This document shows positions 29,442 through 40,280 of a stretch of 64,000 nucleotides of DNA, piece by piece. The DNA comes from an uncultured candidate division Zixibacteria bacterium. GTDB taxonomy: Bacteria; Zixibacteria; MSB-5A5; GN15; FEB-12. The notes beneath the pieces are model-generated. The model was not told the origin of the DNA, searched no databases, and saw nothing but the letters and a program-made list of their open reading frames with translations. Positions within the stretch are counted from its first letter, which is position 1. The number at the start of each line of letters is the position of its first letter. The stretch spans positions 320,001 to 384,000 of the forward strand of contig CAVTJJ010000006.1 of the NCBI GenBank assembly GCA_963735035.1, in the 5' to 3' direction. A program made the translations under genes and the position numbers.

Positions 29442-29992
29442 GTAGGGCGGGTCCGACTGCGAACCCGCAAGAATCCGGCCGATGTCGGCATCTTCCGAGC
29501 ACTCTTCATGAACGGGTCACCCAACTGTCTTGCCTCGCTTTAGGCGGGGCACCCAAGGGATGTGACCCACCACTTGATCGGCAGGGTTCCAACCCTGCCG
29601 GACGCATTCCGGCAGGCGCAGAGGCCTGCCGATTAGAGTAAGTACTGTCTTGCCCCGCTTCAGGCAGAGCACCCAAGGGTTGTTTGATCGGCAGCCAATA
29701 GGTCAGGAGCCCTTAGGCTTCTGACATTTTCTGCTATCTCCGTCATGCCCGACCAAGTCGGGCATGACGGAACAGCAACTCTTGAGAAGATCGATCAAGA
29801 TGCCACCCGTTGGGTGGGGTACCGAAGATAGCGTGCCGTACGAGCCGGCAGATGTGGACATCTGCCGGGCACTTTGCACATCAAGCGGCAGGCCGGGCAC
29901 TCTTCATGAGCGGGTCACAATACTGTCTTGCCCAGCTTCAGGCGGGGCACCCACCGGCATGCAATCAGCGGTCAGGCAGAGACGCCTGACCG
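29442..29992. repeat. Composite REP cluster, right flank
   Basis: Direct-repeat copy of the left cluster, plus an internal repeat gcactcttcatga..gggtcac..ctgtcttgcc at ~29499 and ~29897. Confidence 0.85.
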
Positions 29993-30003
29993 CACAATCT
30001 TCC

Positions 30004-30031
30004 TTGACATCACTATCATCCATCGCATATT
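30004..30031 (+). promoter_or_regulatory. Putative sigma70 promoter of riboswitch-btuB
   Basis: TTGACA-N16-CATATT just upstream of the riboswitch. Confidence 0.55.
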
Positions 30032-30044
30032 AATACCCTACATC

Positions 30045-30207
30045 GTTTCGGTGCCGCCCAAGGTGGGCGGATAATAGGGAAGACGGTGCGAAGCCGTCGC
30101 AGCCCCGCTACTGTAAGGGCTACTCCCGCGGCCGGAAGCCACTCGTCGTAAAGACGGGGAAGGCGCCGCGCGAGGTTCGAAGCCCCAGCCAGGAAACCTG
30201 CCGAAAC
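30045..30207 (+). ncRNA. Cobalamin riboswitch
   Basis: P1 gtttcgg/ccgaaac; GGTG..AATAGGGAA.CGGTG.GAAGCCG, GCCCCGCTACTGT, GCCACT, GGGAAGG and AGCCAGGAAACCTGCC B12 box; lies upstream of a TonB receptor. Confidence 0.95.
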
Positions 30208-30286
30208 CACACATCTTGGCATTGCCGGCAGCGTGGGCTGTCAGGTGAGACGTCTCGCGCCGGGCCGGTGGTTCAAGGAGGCTGCT

Positions 30287-32206
30287 ATGCGGCGCTTTTT
30301 CATGCTCGGCATTATGCTTCTGGCGGGTGCGACGGGACCCCGCGCGGAAGACAAGCCGGGCGACTGGCTCAATCCGTATCATCTCGAAGACACCATTGTC
30401 GTAACCGCCAACCGTCTGGCCACCCCGGTTAGTCAGACGGCCAGCTCGGTGACTGTCATCACCGCTAAGGAAATACAACAATCTCAGGCGACCAACCTGG
30501 CTGAGGCACTTCGCTCGGTTCCCGGCCTGAACGTGGTCCAGTCCGGCGGGCCGGGGCAACAGACGTCGCTCTTTCTGCGCGGAGCGAACGCGGAGCATGT
30601 GCTGGTCCTAATCGACGGTGTCAAGATCAATGACCCCTCTTCACCCAACAACGCTACGAATCTGGCGAACCTCGGTGTGGCCAATATCGATCGTATCGAA
30701 ATCCTGCGCGGCCCGCAAAGCGTGCTCTACGGCTCGGACGCTGTCGGCGGCATCATTCAGATCTTTACCAAGCGGGGGACCGGGCGTCCGGAGATCAACC
30801 TGTCGGCTGAAGGCGGTTCGCTGAACACTTATTCCGAACAATTGGCCGTAAGGGCCGGTCAGGAACAACACGATTATTCCGTGACCTTGTCCCGACACAG
30901 CACCGACGGAATTTCAGCGTCCAGGAACGGCGTAGAAAAGGACGGTTATGCCAATACCACCGTGGCAGCGGCGGCCGGACTCCGACCGTCCTCGAAAATC
31001 CAACTGCGTCTCACTGGACAGGCGTCCGAGAGTGATGTCGATCTGGATCAAGGGTACGGCGTGCTCGACGATCCCAACTACACGATGTATTCGAAAGAAC
31101 AGTACGCTTCCGCTCGTCTCGATCACGATATCTCGCGGGGACTCTGGCGGCAGCAGTTTGGCGCCTACTTGACGCGTTACGAGCGCAGGACTATCGATCG
31201 TCGTGACACCAACCATCCAGACGATACGAGCAGCACCCACTATGACGGTCTTCGCATCAAATACGATTGGCAACTGGCGGCGGCGCTGCGCGAGTCGCTG
31301 CGTATGACGGTGGGAGCCGAGACCGAATCGGATCAACTCAACCAGAGGCTGTTCTACCTGCCGGTCTGGTCCGGCGACTCGCTGAGTAAGCTGGGTGTGG
31401 TCAAGTCTCGCACTTCTGGCATGTATGCGATGGGGGAATTGAGCCGCGAAGGGTTAGGGGCAATCACCGCTGGAGGGCGGTTTGATCATCATGATCAATT
31501 CGGCGATCATGGCACGTACCGGTTAACCGGAGTGTATCACCTCAATTTGTTGCGACTCAAACTGAGGGCGACTTACGGCACCGGGTTCAAATCCCCTTCA
31601 CTTTACCAAATTTACGATCCTGGGACGGGCAACCCGCGGCTTAATCCGGAAGCGAGTCGAGGTGGAGAAGTGGGCTTGGATTACCATCCACATGGAGATG
31701 CGGTGTCGACCGGGATAACCTACTTCCATACGGATTTTGATGACTTGATTCAGTTTCAGTCGACTACCGGACATATGGGCAATGTCGCGCGGGCTCGGTC
31801 GCTGGGAGTGGAGACTTATGGCAGTCTCGACTTACGACAGACGCGAATATATTTGAGCTACACCTACACGGAAGCGGTGGATCGAGATTCCAGCCAGTTT
31901 TTGCTGCGTCGTCCGAAAAACAAAGTGTCACTCCAGGCGGAGCAGCAGGTTGTACCTTCATTTCTCATGCGCGGTGACATAATCTACACCGGCAAGCGTT
32001 ACGATGTGGACTATACGGCCTGGCCCCCGCAAAGAGTCACTCTCCATGACTATACCTTAATGAACCTGGCCGGGTCGTACACTCTTCGCGACGGCTTTCG
32101 GTTATCAGCCCGAATCGACAATTTGTTCAATACTGAATACGAGGAAGTCTGGTCTTACGAGAGCATGCCGCGCACGGTTTCGTTGGGAGTCGAAGCGACT
32201 TTCTGA
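30287..32206 (+). CDS. btuB: TonB-dependent cobalamin receptor
   Basis: DTIVVTANR TonB box, plug motif RIEILRGPQSVLYGSDAVGG and terminal Phe; controlled by the B12 riboswitch. Confidence 0.9.
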   Translation: MRRFFMLGIMLLAGATGPRAEDKPGDWLNPYHLEDTIVVTANRLATPVSQTASSVTVITAKEIQQSQATNLAEALRSVPGLNVVQSGGPGQQTSLFLRGANAEHVLVLIDGVKINDPSSPNNATNLANLGVANIDRIEILRGPQSVLYGSDAVGGIIQIFTKRGTGRPEINLSAEGGSLNTYSEQLAVRAGQEQHDYSVTLSRHSTDGISASRNGVEKDGYANTTVAAAAGLRPSSKIQLRLTGQASESDVDLDQGYGVLDDPNYTMYSKEQYASARLDHDISRGLWRQQFGAYLTRYERRTIDRRDTNHPDDTSSTHYDGLRIKYDWQLAAALRESLRMTVGAETESDQLNQRLFYLPVWSGDSLSKLGVVKSRTSGMYAMGELSREGLGAITAGGRFDHHDQFGDHGTYRLTGVYHLNLLRLKLRATYGTGFKSPSLYQIYDPGTGNPRLNPEASRGGEVGLDYHPHGDAVSTGITYFHTDFDDLIQFQSTTGHMGNVARARSLGVETYGSLDLRQTRIYLSYTYTEAVDRDSSQFLLRRPKNKVSLQAEQQVVPSFLMRGDIIYTGKRYDVDYTAWPPQRVTLHDYTLMNLAGSYTLRDGFRLSARIDNLFNTEYEEVWSYESMPRTVSLGVEATF

Positions 32207-32242
32207 CCCGATCGTGATCTCAGAATAGCTATGCTGAGCCAT

Positions 32243-32279
32243 TCCTCCGGGGCATTTACGCCCCGGAGGATACTATTTT
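32243..32279 (+). terminator. Stem-loop after btuB, probable terminator
   Basis: tcctccggggc-attta(c)-gccccggagga followed by tactattttg. Confidence 0.55.
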
Positions 32280-32497
32280 GTCTCGGTGAAGTGATCAGCA
32301 ATTATCGTTTTTTTGTCTTGCCTTAGGGTGGCGAAGACGTATAATGAGCTGGGTGAAGCTAAGACTGAGTTGAAGCATTCCCAATAATTCAGCAGACGGT
32401 CGGTCGGTAATTGCACGGGGTTTGTCCGGTTAGGAACCGGGTTTTGCAGCAATCGATCAGACAATCGGCCCCAGCCTTGGGCCTACGAGAGGAACTT

Positions 32498-32917
32498 ATG
32501 GCTAGTTGGAGTCTGGAATACACCATCGAGGTTGATCTAGAGAACGCCGTGGTCTACGCCAAGGTGTACGGTCAATGGACGGCCGAGACGGCGCAACGGT
32601 ATCACGACGAATTCAAAAAGGAAGTTCAGCCGCTTCTCGGACAACCGTGGGCCAAGATCGTCGATGTCAGCAACTGGAAGACATCCCGCAACGAAGTCAC
32701 GGCAGTAGTCGGCAAACACATGTCCTGGTCGAAGGCCAACGGGGTGGCGCTATCAATCTATGTGATCGACAACGTAAGCACCTTCCGCCAGCTCAACGAG
32801 ATGTTCGTCAAGGGGGGCACCAAGCATATCTCGCACACCTTCCGTACCTGGCAGGAAGGCGAGCAGTTTCTTCAGGACCGCTGGCTGAGCAAGAAGCGCA
32901 AAACGCCGCAAAGCTGA
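32498..32917 (+). CDS. Hypothetical protein, STAS/SEC14 (SpoIIAA-like) fold
   Basis: RBS GAGAGG; YAKVYGQW...KIVDVSNW...TFRTWQEGEQFL pattern. Confidence 0.65.
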   Translation: MASWSLEYTIEVDLENAVVYAKVYGQWTAETAQRYHDEFKKEVQPLLGQPWAKIVDVSNWKTSRNEVTAVVGKHMSWSKANGVALSIYVIDNVSTFRQLNEMFVKGGTKHISHTFRTWQEGEQFLQDRWLSKKRKTPQS

Positions 32918-32969
32918 GAATAGAGCTTCATACGAACCGGATGACGATAGGGCGATACCCTTCCCGCCA

Positions 32970-34982
32970 TCACTTCTTCAAGTATCTGTCAAACCACTTT
33001 CTAATCCACTCCAGGCGGGCAATGCGGCGATCCGGTCGGCCATGTCTCGATAAGCCGTGAGGCTCGTCCGGGAAACGGACAAATTCGACTGTCTTACCCA
33101 GCACCTTGAGCATGGCGAACATCTGTTCAGCCTGCTCGATATTGCACCGCAGGTCGCGCTCGTTATGGAGTATCAGCACCGGCGTCTTTACGTTCTTGAA
33201 ATAGGTCAGGGGAGAGCACTTCTCGTAATTCTCAGGATTAATCCACGGGCGACCGTCGAATTCACGCTCCAGGGAATAGCCTATATCCGAGGACCCAAAG
33301 AACGACTTCAGTTCAACCACCGAGCGCTGTGTGACAGCCGCTTTGAAGCGGTTGGTGTGACCGATAATCCAGTTGGTCATGTAGCCGCCGTATGAGCCGC
33401 CAGTGACGCCAAGTCGTTTGGAATCGACATACTTCTGCGCCGCCAGCCAGTCTGCCGCCGCCATGCAATCCTGGTAGTCCAGATCACCCCAGCCGCCTGC
33501 GATAGCGTCGGCCCACAATTCGCCCCGTCCTGATCCGCCACGCGGATTAGTGTAGAACACCACATAGCCACACGCCGCCAGATACTGCATCTCGTGGAAG
33601 AACGTGAACACGTATTGGGTGCGGGGCCCACCGTGAATCTCAAGTATCGCCGGATAACGACGTTTCGAATTGAAACCCGGAGGCAGAACCAACCACCCCT
33701 GGACATCGGTCCCGTCGAACGACTTGAACCAAACTTCGCGCATCCGGCTCGGTTGGATGTTCTTTCTTAGGAACGGATTCATATCCGTGTGGCGAACGGT
33801 CTTCTTCTCGGCGCCGTAGACGAGTGGGCAGGTTACAATGTCGCCCGGATTATCCAGATCGGCCAGAATGAGAGCGGCCGTTTTGGCGGAACCGTTCAAA
33901 GAGAAGCCTTTGATATGGCAGTTGCCCTTGAACAGACGGGTCGGTGTGCCGCCCTTGCTTGGAATCGAAAACAGATTGACCGTCCCGGTATCGCCACACG
34001 CGAAGATTATACGGCGTCCATCGGCCGACCACTCTATGTGCAAGTCGCCGTGGGCGTCGGCGGTGTCGTGAATCGACTGGTCATACGCCATCCGGTCAAA
34101 TTTCGGCATCACGTCTTTGGCGGCCGGGTGACCGTTTACTCCCACCACCCAGACATGTATGCTGGTGACACCCCAGGCGTCGTTGGGATTGTCATGGCCA
34201 AGATATGCGACTCGCTTGCCGTCGGGTGAAAACTTCGGCGCAGCCACCGGTCCAGCCGGGGTTGGGATGCGACGTTCTTTACCGCCGCGAAACGGAATCA
34301 GAAATAGATCGTCCCGGAGCGAGTCCAGATCCTGGTTCTTGGCCCGATTGGATACGTACACCACCGTGCGGCCGTCGGGTGAAACCTCGGGCGAGAGATT
34401 GTCCCGATTACCCCTGGAAATCTGACGCAGTTTGGCCGTTTCGACGTCCAAAGCGTAGACTTGATATTTGTCGCGCGGCAAGAACCCTTCGCCGTCGAGG
34501 CGATAGTACAGGCGGGTGATATGGCGATAAACCGGCGGTTCGGCTTTCTTCTTTTCATCGGTAATATAGTGGGAGTCGTTGTATCGTAGGGCGAACACCA
34601 GATGACGGTCATCGGGCGTCCATTGCAGCGAAGTAATCGTACCGTCGATCTCTATCAATCTTTTTTCGCTGCCCCCCGCCGAGGGCATAAGGTAGATGCC
34701 GGTTTTCTTGTTGCGGTTTGACACAAAGGCTAACCGGCCCCCGTCGTGCGACCAGACCGGTAAGCCGTCACTCTGCTCTCCGTTGGTAAACGGCGAGGAG
34801 GTCCTGGTGCGGACATCCAACATCATGATATTCTTGAAATACTTATTGGCGTCCCGGTCCATCCGCTCCACACAGTAAGCGACTTTCTTTTCATCGGGAG
34901 ACAGCGCTATTCCGGTAATGACACGAAGTTGGAAAAGATCCTGAGGCGACATCTTGTGCCGGGCCGGTTTCCGTATGTCCAT
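32970..34982 (-). CDS. S9 family peptidase (acylaminoacyl/dipeptidyl peptidase) with beta-propeller
   Basis: SPDG propeller repeats; HGGP, GGSYGG (Ser), DLRC (Asp) and EPHG (His). Confidence 0.93.
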   Translation of the reverse strand: MDIRKPARHKMSPQDLFQLRVITGIALSPDEKKVAYCVERMDRDANKYFKNIMMLDVRTRTSSPFTNGEQSDGLPVWSHDGGRLAFVSNRNKKTGIYLMPSAGGSEKRLIEIDGTITSLQWTPDDRHLVFALRYNDSHYITDEKKKAEPPVYRHITRLYYRLDGEGFLPRDKYQVYALDVETAKLRQISRGNRDNLSPEVSPDGRTVVYVSNRAKNQDLDSLRDDLFLIPFRGGKERRIPTPAGPVAAPKFSPDGKRVAYLGHDNPNDAWGVTSIHVWVVGVNGHPAAKDVMPKFDRMAYDQSIHDTADAHGDLHIEWSADGRRIIFACGDTGTVNLFSIPSKGGTPTRLFKGNCHIKGFSLNGSAKTAALILADLDNPGDIVTCPLVYGAEKKTVRHTDMNPFLRKNIQPSRMREVWFKSFDGTDVQGWLVLPPGFNSKRRYPAILEIHGGPRTQYVFTFFHEMQYLAACGYVVFYTNPRGGSGRGELWADAIAGGWGDLDYQDCMAAADWLAAQKYVDSKRLGVTGGSYGGYMTNWIIGHTNRFKAAVTQRSVVELKSFFGSSDIGYSLEREFDGRPWINPENYEKCSPLTYFKNVKTPVLILHNERDLRCNIEQAEQMFAMLKVLGKTVEFVRFPDEPHGLSRHGRPDRRIARLEWIRKWFDRYLKK

Positions 34983-35070
34983 TGATCAGACTCCTTTCAG
35001 GATTTGCATCAATAGTACGAACATGTTAGCAGGAGTGGGAGCGTCGGGCAAGTGAAAGTATACGAAGTTC

Positions 35071-36585
35071 TCAATCGCGCTTCTTGATGTGAAGGCGGAC
35101 CAGCAAGGCCGCGCGATCACCCGACTCCAATACGGTCCACGCGCCTGCCGCTCCGATCGCGCTTACAACCGCGACGTTGATTACAAACGATGTCCAGTCG
35201 AGCGGGGGAAGAACCAGTCTTAGAATGATGGCCGCCGGGGTGCAGGCGAACATGGCGACAAACCCGGCGCGGACCTGGCTCATGAGAATTTCGGCGACCG
35301 GCAAGCGCATGATCCGGGCCATGAGTATCGGATACGCTGTAATATAGAGTACGAGTTGAGGCATTGATGCAGCCCAGGCCATGCCGACCAGCCCGTATGA
35401 GGGGATGAGCGCGAATGACAGCACGATCTTCAACACACATTCGGCGAGGGCCACTTTCAGGATTAGAGCATGGCGGTCGATTCCGAACAGGACGGCGTTG
35501 CCCACAATCTGCGGCACAAAGAACGCCGCGCCGATGGCCAGGATGCGCATTACTTCGGCCGATCCGGCGAACTCCGGCTCCAGCCATAGCGCCACGAACG
35601 GGCGGGCGTAGATCACGACTCCGACAGTCATGAAGAACGACAAGTACGATGTATACGTAAGCCCTTTCAGATAGATGCGCCGGATGCCCTCGAAGTCCCC
35701 TCTCGCTTCGCGTTCAGAAACGGCCGTCGTTATTGGTGAAGCGACTACGTTCACGGCATTACGCAGGTACAACATTAACTGCGCTCCCGGTGCATAGACG
35801 CCGGCGGCGGCGGACGATACCATCAATCCCAATAGCACTGCGTCAGTATTGTAGAGTATTAACCAGGCAATCGTAATGCCGAACGTAATGCGCGAATAGT
35901 TGAACAGTTCGCGGGCGGTCTGTTTGTCGGTCATGGTAGGTGAGAAGGTGATCTCGGGATGAAGGTGTTTCAGCCAAATGATGGCCGCCACTTGTTTCAG
36001 GACGCTCATGCCGAGAATGGCCAGAGCCAGCGGTACCAGCCCGTACCCGTTGGCCAGCAGGAACACCATGACGCCAGCGCGCAGGATATCTTCCAGCATG
36101 TGCAGCAGGTTCGAGACATCGAAGCGTTGAAAACCGCCCAGGGAACCGGCAAAGGGGAGCAGGAAGAACCGAAGGCCCATGTAGAAGCCGATAATCAGAA
36201 GAGCGCTCCGGCCTTCGGCCAGCGCGGTCGGATCGGCGACTTTGAAGAAGTCGAACAAAAAAGTTGCCGCGAGCCAGGCGCCGAGTATGATTACCGTGCC
36301 TACCGCGAGATACAGATTGAACGCGGTATTGAGGATTCGATTGATCGGCCCGAACTGGCCCGTTCCCAGATGCTTGGAAACGAAACGCAACAGAGCCTTT
36401 TCGAGCCCGAAATCGAGCAGCACGAAATAGTTGATCGTCTGGAATACCAGCACCCAGACCCCGTATCGGGCATCGCCCAGGGTCGATGTAATGTATGGGA
36501 CGAACAGAAAGCTGATACCCAGGCGGACGGCGTAGCCGACCCAGGAAGTCCAGAGGTTTCTTGAAAGCTGTTGTCGATCTGTCAC
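35071..36585 (-). CDS. Wzx/MOP-family oligosaccharide flippase
   Basis: LG-ARYGVW, LDFGL and SAAAGVY motifs; about 14 TM segments. Confidence 0.85.
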   Translation of the reverse strand: MTDRQQLSRNLWTSWVGYAVRLGISFLFVPYITSTLGDARYGVWVLVFQTINYFVLLDFGLEKALLRFVSKHLGTGQFGPINRILNTAFNLYLAVGTVIILGAWLAATFLFDFFKVADPTALAEGRSALLIIGFYMGLRFFLLPFAGSLGGFQRFDVSNLLHMLEDILRAGVMVFLLANGYGLVPLALAILGMSVLKQVAAIIWLKHLHPEITFSPTMTDKQTARELFNYSRITFGITIAWLILYNTDAVLLGLMVSSAAAGVYAPGAQLMLYLRNAVNVVASPITTAVSEREARGDFEGIRRIYLKGLTYTSYLSFFMTVGVVIYARPFVALWLEPEFAGSAEVMRILAIGAAFFVPQIVGNAVLFGIDRHALILKVALAECVLKIVLSFALIPSYGLVGMAWAASMPQLVLYITAYPILMARIMRLPVAEILMSQVRAGFVAMFACTPAAIILRLVLPPLDWTSFVINVAVVSAIGAAGAWTVLESGDRAALLVRLHIKKRD

Positions 36586-36670
36586 GCGCCGCTACTTTCG
36601 TGCTGAATTGGTATAAGGATAACTCAGCTTTAAGGCTGCGGCAACCGCATAGTCGAGAGGTGACCCAGGA

Positions 36671-37858
36671 ATGACCAGAATCCATGCAAGATCGATCCTG
36701 TGGGTAATGCTGGCCGGAATTCTGGGCGGATGCGGTGGGCCGATGATCAGACTTCTCGATCCAACCCAACCTCTGCGGCCGCGGCCGACTCATTACGGCC
36801 TGACCCTTCCCGTTCCGATTTCATCCAAGCCTTGGCTGACTGACTCGACATCCACCGGGCAAGCGGAGCGACGAGTTCCAATCAACCTCCGTGTGAATCA
36901 GAAGGGTGTCGTCATTTCCGTGACCTTCGCATCATCGGCGGACAGCATCGGCTTGGCCTGCTTTGTGCCGTATCTAAGATCCCTCAAATTTGAGCCGGGA
37001 CTTCGCGATAATGTACCGGCGGAGATGACTCTCAGGTTGGAGATGCAAACGGACGGAGCGTGCCGTCAGCCGCTGCTTCATTTCCCGGTCGGACCTAATC
37101 GACAAATTGCCCGAAGCGAGCTCTACTGGGCCGCATTTGCCGCCAACGGAATCGAACCCGCCCGTCTGGTAACGTTCCCGTCCTACTATTACATGTCCGA
37201 CCCGCTGACTTCGGGAAGTCGCTACGATTACAAGCTGTACCGTATTGATCTGGACACTCTGGGGAAAGTCACGGCGGTGGACGTTGTCGCCGCAACCGAA
37301 ACTAAATTCAGCGATCAGATTCGCTCGGCCACGGTCTGGGGTGAATACCAGCCCCTTCGAATAAATGGTCGCCCTATGGCTTCTATCAACTACCTCGCGG
37401 TGGCGTTGTTTGCTGATATGGAGTATCCCACAACTACCTGGTCGCCAGAAACGATTTCCTCACGCTCTGCTGAGGAACGTCTGCGGATCCGCCTTCTGCC
37501 CGACACTGTCGGCGAGATGATACCTCCGGTAGTGCGTCGGGATTGGTCAGGTGTAATTGCCGACTCCGCCGCCTGGGAGCCGGTTCGAAATCTTGTGTCG
37601 GCTCAGCTCCAGATAGACACCACCGGCGCTACCGTAATTGACCGGATAAATAACCTGTCATGGCGCGTTCGCCGGGTGTTCGGAGGGCTGGCTTTCGATC
37701 GGCGATTCTTCCCGGCGCGGTCTTTCTCAGGACAGTGGCTGACCTGGCAGGGTCTGGCGTATGCTCGATATCAGGACGCCTCTCACGTCAAGATCTGGTT
37801 CGACTGGTCGCCACAAACTGACCCCGGCCCCGTGAGCGACACCTTAACTTCGAATTAG
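36671..37858 (+). CDS. Hypothetical lipoprotein with degenerate TonB-C-like repeats
   Basis: LGGC lipobox; repeated V/IxxxGxV...F-x-P-G/L-R-x-x-G segments. Confidence 0.55.
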   Translation: MTRIHARSILWVMLAGILGGCGGPMIRLLDPTQPLRPRPTHYGLTLPVPISSKPWLTDSTSTGQAERRVPINLRVNQKGVVISVTFASSADSIGLACFVPYLRSLKFEPGLRDNVPAEMTLRLEMQTDGACRQPLLHFPVGPNRQIARSELYWAAFAANGIEPARLVTFPSYYYMSDPLTSGSRYDYKLYRIDLDTLGKVTAVDVVAATETKFSDQIRSATVWGEYQPLRINGRPMASINYLAVALFADMEYPTTTWSPETISSRSAEERLRIRLLPDTVGEMIPPVVRRDWSGVIADSAAWEPVRNLVSAQLQIDTTGATVIDRINNLSWRVRRVFGGLAFDRRFFPARSFSGQWLTWQGLAYARYQDASHVKIWFDWSPQTDPGPVSDTLTSN

Positions 37859-38083
37859 CCATTCCCTTCCAGACGCAGTTGTTGCGTTACTACCTGCTAT
37901 CCATACGAACAGACAAGATTAGTCCAGAATCTGGGGATTGCTGTCTAACGACTTACGACAGCAATTCCACGCTGGCACCGGGATTGTCATCTCTCTCGCC
38001 GGTTGGCATAAAACCGGCTGCCGGGTCCATCTCAGGGAAGATTATAGACCTATCCCGGTAGTATAAGAAGAAAGGAGGCGACC

Positions 38084-38329
38084 ATGGTGGTCGCTACGAG
38101 AGTCATGTACCTCTTGTCTGGAGTTCTTGTGTTGGCCAGCGGCGTTTGTATCCAGGCCAGATTCTGCGATCAGCTCCCGGAAGTTCTTCGTTCGTCGGTT
38201 CTCGCGGCTGCTCTGGCCTACTTTGGCTGGCAGCTCTGGCGTTTTCTGGCGAGTGAATGTCGGGTGCCGAAAGTAGCTGTGCCGAGACCTGCGATCCGGA
38301 AATTAGGGCTTGACTTTGTCCGACAATAG
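38084..38329 (+). CDS. Small membrane protein, hypothetical
   Basis: Strong RBS AAAGGAGG; two hydrophobic helices. Confidence 0.55.
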   Translation: MVVATRVMYLLSGVLVLASGVCIQARFCDQLPEVLRSSVLAAALAYFGWQLWRFLASECRVPKVAVPRPAIRKLGLDFVRQ

Positions 38330-38359
38330 CATAACTTTACCGTCTTGTTTATTGACGGG

Positions 38360-40270
38360 ATGGAAGAGAAGGCATTGAAACAGAACATCTTAGCGACGGC
38401 ATTGTGGTCAGCGGCGGCTTTTATATTACTCACCGCCGTAGGCTCCACTGAGACCCTTGACCAGACCGCTCAGGCTGCTCTGGACGCGGGGGATACGGCG
38501 GTTGCGATCACCAGGATCGAGGCCGCTATCAAGACCGATCCGGCCTACCACTACAACTATCATGTCCTCGGTCTGATCTTCTACAAGCGTGAAGATATCC
38601 GCAAAGCGCGCGATTACTTCGCTCAGGCGGTTGAGAAGAAGAAGAAGGCCTTTGAGTCGGTCTATTACTTAGGTCTGTGCCAGCTTCAGTTGGAAGATTT
38701 GGTCGGCGCCGAGAAAACTTTGGTCGACGGATTGAAGAAAGCTCCGCGCGAAATGACCGTTCAATTCGAATACGCCACGGGACTTCTGTACATGGCGCAG
38801 AAGAACTATCCGGAAGCGGATCGTTCGCTCCGACGGGCTCTTGCCAAAGATTCCACTCGGGCCGACTATCACATTGCCCTGGGCGATGTCAATCTCTATC
38901 AGGGCGTACCGGCTCTGGCGGTGAGCGAATACGAAATCGCCCACCGGCTCGACACGGCCGGTGCGGAAGTCTATTTCCACTGGGCTGAGGCCTGCCTTGA
39001 GAACAAAGACTATACTTGTGCTCTGGATAAATTGCGCATCGTCCTGACGCGTGATTCCACATTCGCGCCGGCCTGGAATCGGGCGGGCGGTATCTATTTC
39101 AAAGCCGCGCTTTCTTCGCGCGGTCGCGAAGAGCGTATGCAACGTTTCGGCGAGGCCATTGGTTCATACAAGCGTTTCATGGAATTGACCAGCGCCAAGG
39201 CGGATTCTTCGACGGTTCGTGCTTTCTTCGAGACCGCCATGGCTTATAACAACATCTATCGCTACGAAGATGCCATTCCGTTCTTCGAACAGGTGCTGGC
39301 CATACCGTATGAACCGAGGGATATATACTTCCAGTTCGGCAAAGCGCTCTGGGGCATGAAGCAGTATGATCGCGCGGCCGAGATGCTGGAAAAGCATATC
39401 ACCTGGGCGGCGGGTCAGAACGAAAAGAACGCTTCCCGGGTCGATCAAGCGGAACTGTACAAGATATTCGGCGACTGCCGTTTCTATACTCAGCCCAAGC
39501 GTTATTCCGACGCCGTACGTTATTACAAATTATCCCTCGAAGCTGACTCGAATCAACCACGCGTCCTTCAGAACGTAGCCCTGGCGCTGCATACTCTCGA
39601 GCGGTACGGCGAAGCCATGCACTACTATGACCTGAGAATTGCCGCCGGCGTCGATTCCAGCACTGCCAATATCGTCAAGAACGCTTCGCTCTGTGCGCTG
39701 AAAATCGCCGGTGACGAATCAGCCAATATCCAGGAAGAGTTGATTCCGGAAGATACCGTCGGTCAGGGAGCCACGGTTGATACTTTCGTTAGTAAGACTC
39801 TAAATTACTATCAGGTCTCGGCTGATCTCATGGTGAAGTACCTCGAAATGATGCCGAACGACACGGCGACGGTCGAGCGCCTCTCCAACACCTATCTTTA
39901 TCAGTTACGTGATTGCACCAACGGCGTAGCGGCCTGTGAGCGGGTATTGTCGTTGGATCCCAAGAACTGTCAGGCCAAGAAGTCGATCGGTTTTGCCTAT
40001 TTCATGGGCGACATCTGCAATAAGGATCTCTCCAAGACGCTCAAATATCTGTTGCAGGCTTATGAATGTTATGCCGCGAAAGGCACTTCTGACGCTACTT
40101 TGACCAAGTGGATCGCCCAGGCTTATCACCTGAGAGCAGCAACCGGCGGCAGTGAATCTAACAGTGATTTTAAGAACGCTTTCGAATGGTATGGCAAGGT
40201 ATTGAAACTCAATCCTAACGACGCGGAAGCCAAGAAGGGTTGGGAAGATACCCAATTCGAGTTTAATTGA
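38360..40270 (+). CDS. Exported tetratricopeptide repeat protein
   Basis: Signal peptide and many TPR units (e.g. YHIALGDV, ERVLSLDPKN); exact start uncertain. Confidence 0.88.
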   Translation: MEEKALKQNILATALWSAAAFILLTAVGSTETLDQTAQAALDAGDTAVAITRIEAAIKTDPAYHYNYHVLGLIFYKREDIRKARDYFAQAVEKKKKAFESVYYLGLCQLQLEDLVGAEKTLVDGLKKAPREMTVQFEYATGLLYMAQKNYPEADRSLRRALAKDSTRADYHIALGDVNLYQGVPALAVSEYEIAHRLDTAGAEVYFHWAEACLENKDYTCALDKLRIVLTRDSTFAPAWNRAGGIYFKAALSSRGREERMQRFGEAIGSYKRFMELTSAKADSSTVRAFFETAMAYNNIYRYEDAIPFFEQVLAIPYEPRDIYFQFGKALWGMKQYDRAAEMLEKHITWAAGQNEKNASRVDQAELYKIFGDCRFYTQPKRYSDAVRYYKLSLEADSNQPRVLQNVALALHTLERYGEAMHYYDLRIAAGVDSSTANIVKNASLCALKIAGDESANIQEELIPEDTVGQGATVDTFVSKTLNYYQVSADLMVKYLEMMPNDTATVERLSNTYLYQLRDCTNGVAACERVLSLDPKNCQAKKSIGFAYFMGDICNKDLSKTLKYLLQAYECYAAKGTSDATLTKWIAQAYHLRAATGGSESNSDFKNAFEWYGKVLKLNPNDAEAKKGWEDTQFEFN

Positions 40271-40280
40271 TAACCAGTAG

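Noticed and set aside
37972..38018. sigma54 promoter upstream of the small membrane ORF
   Set aside because: TGGCAC-N5-TTGT lacks the -12 GC; the second candidate lacks TTGC.
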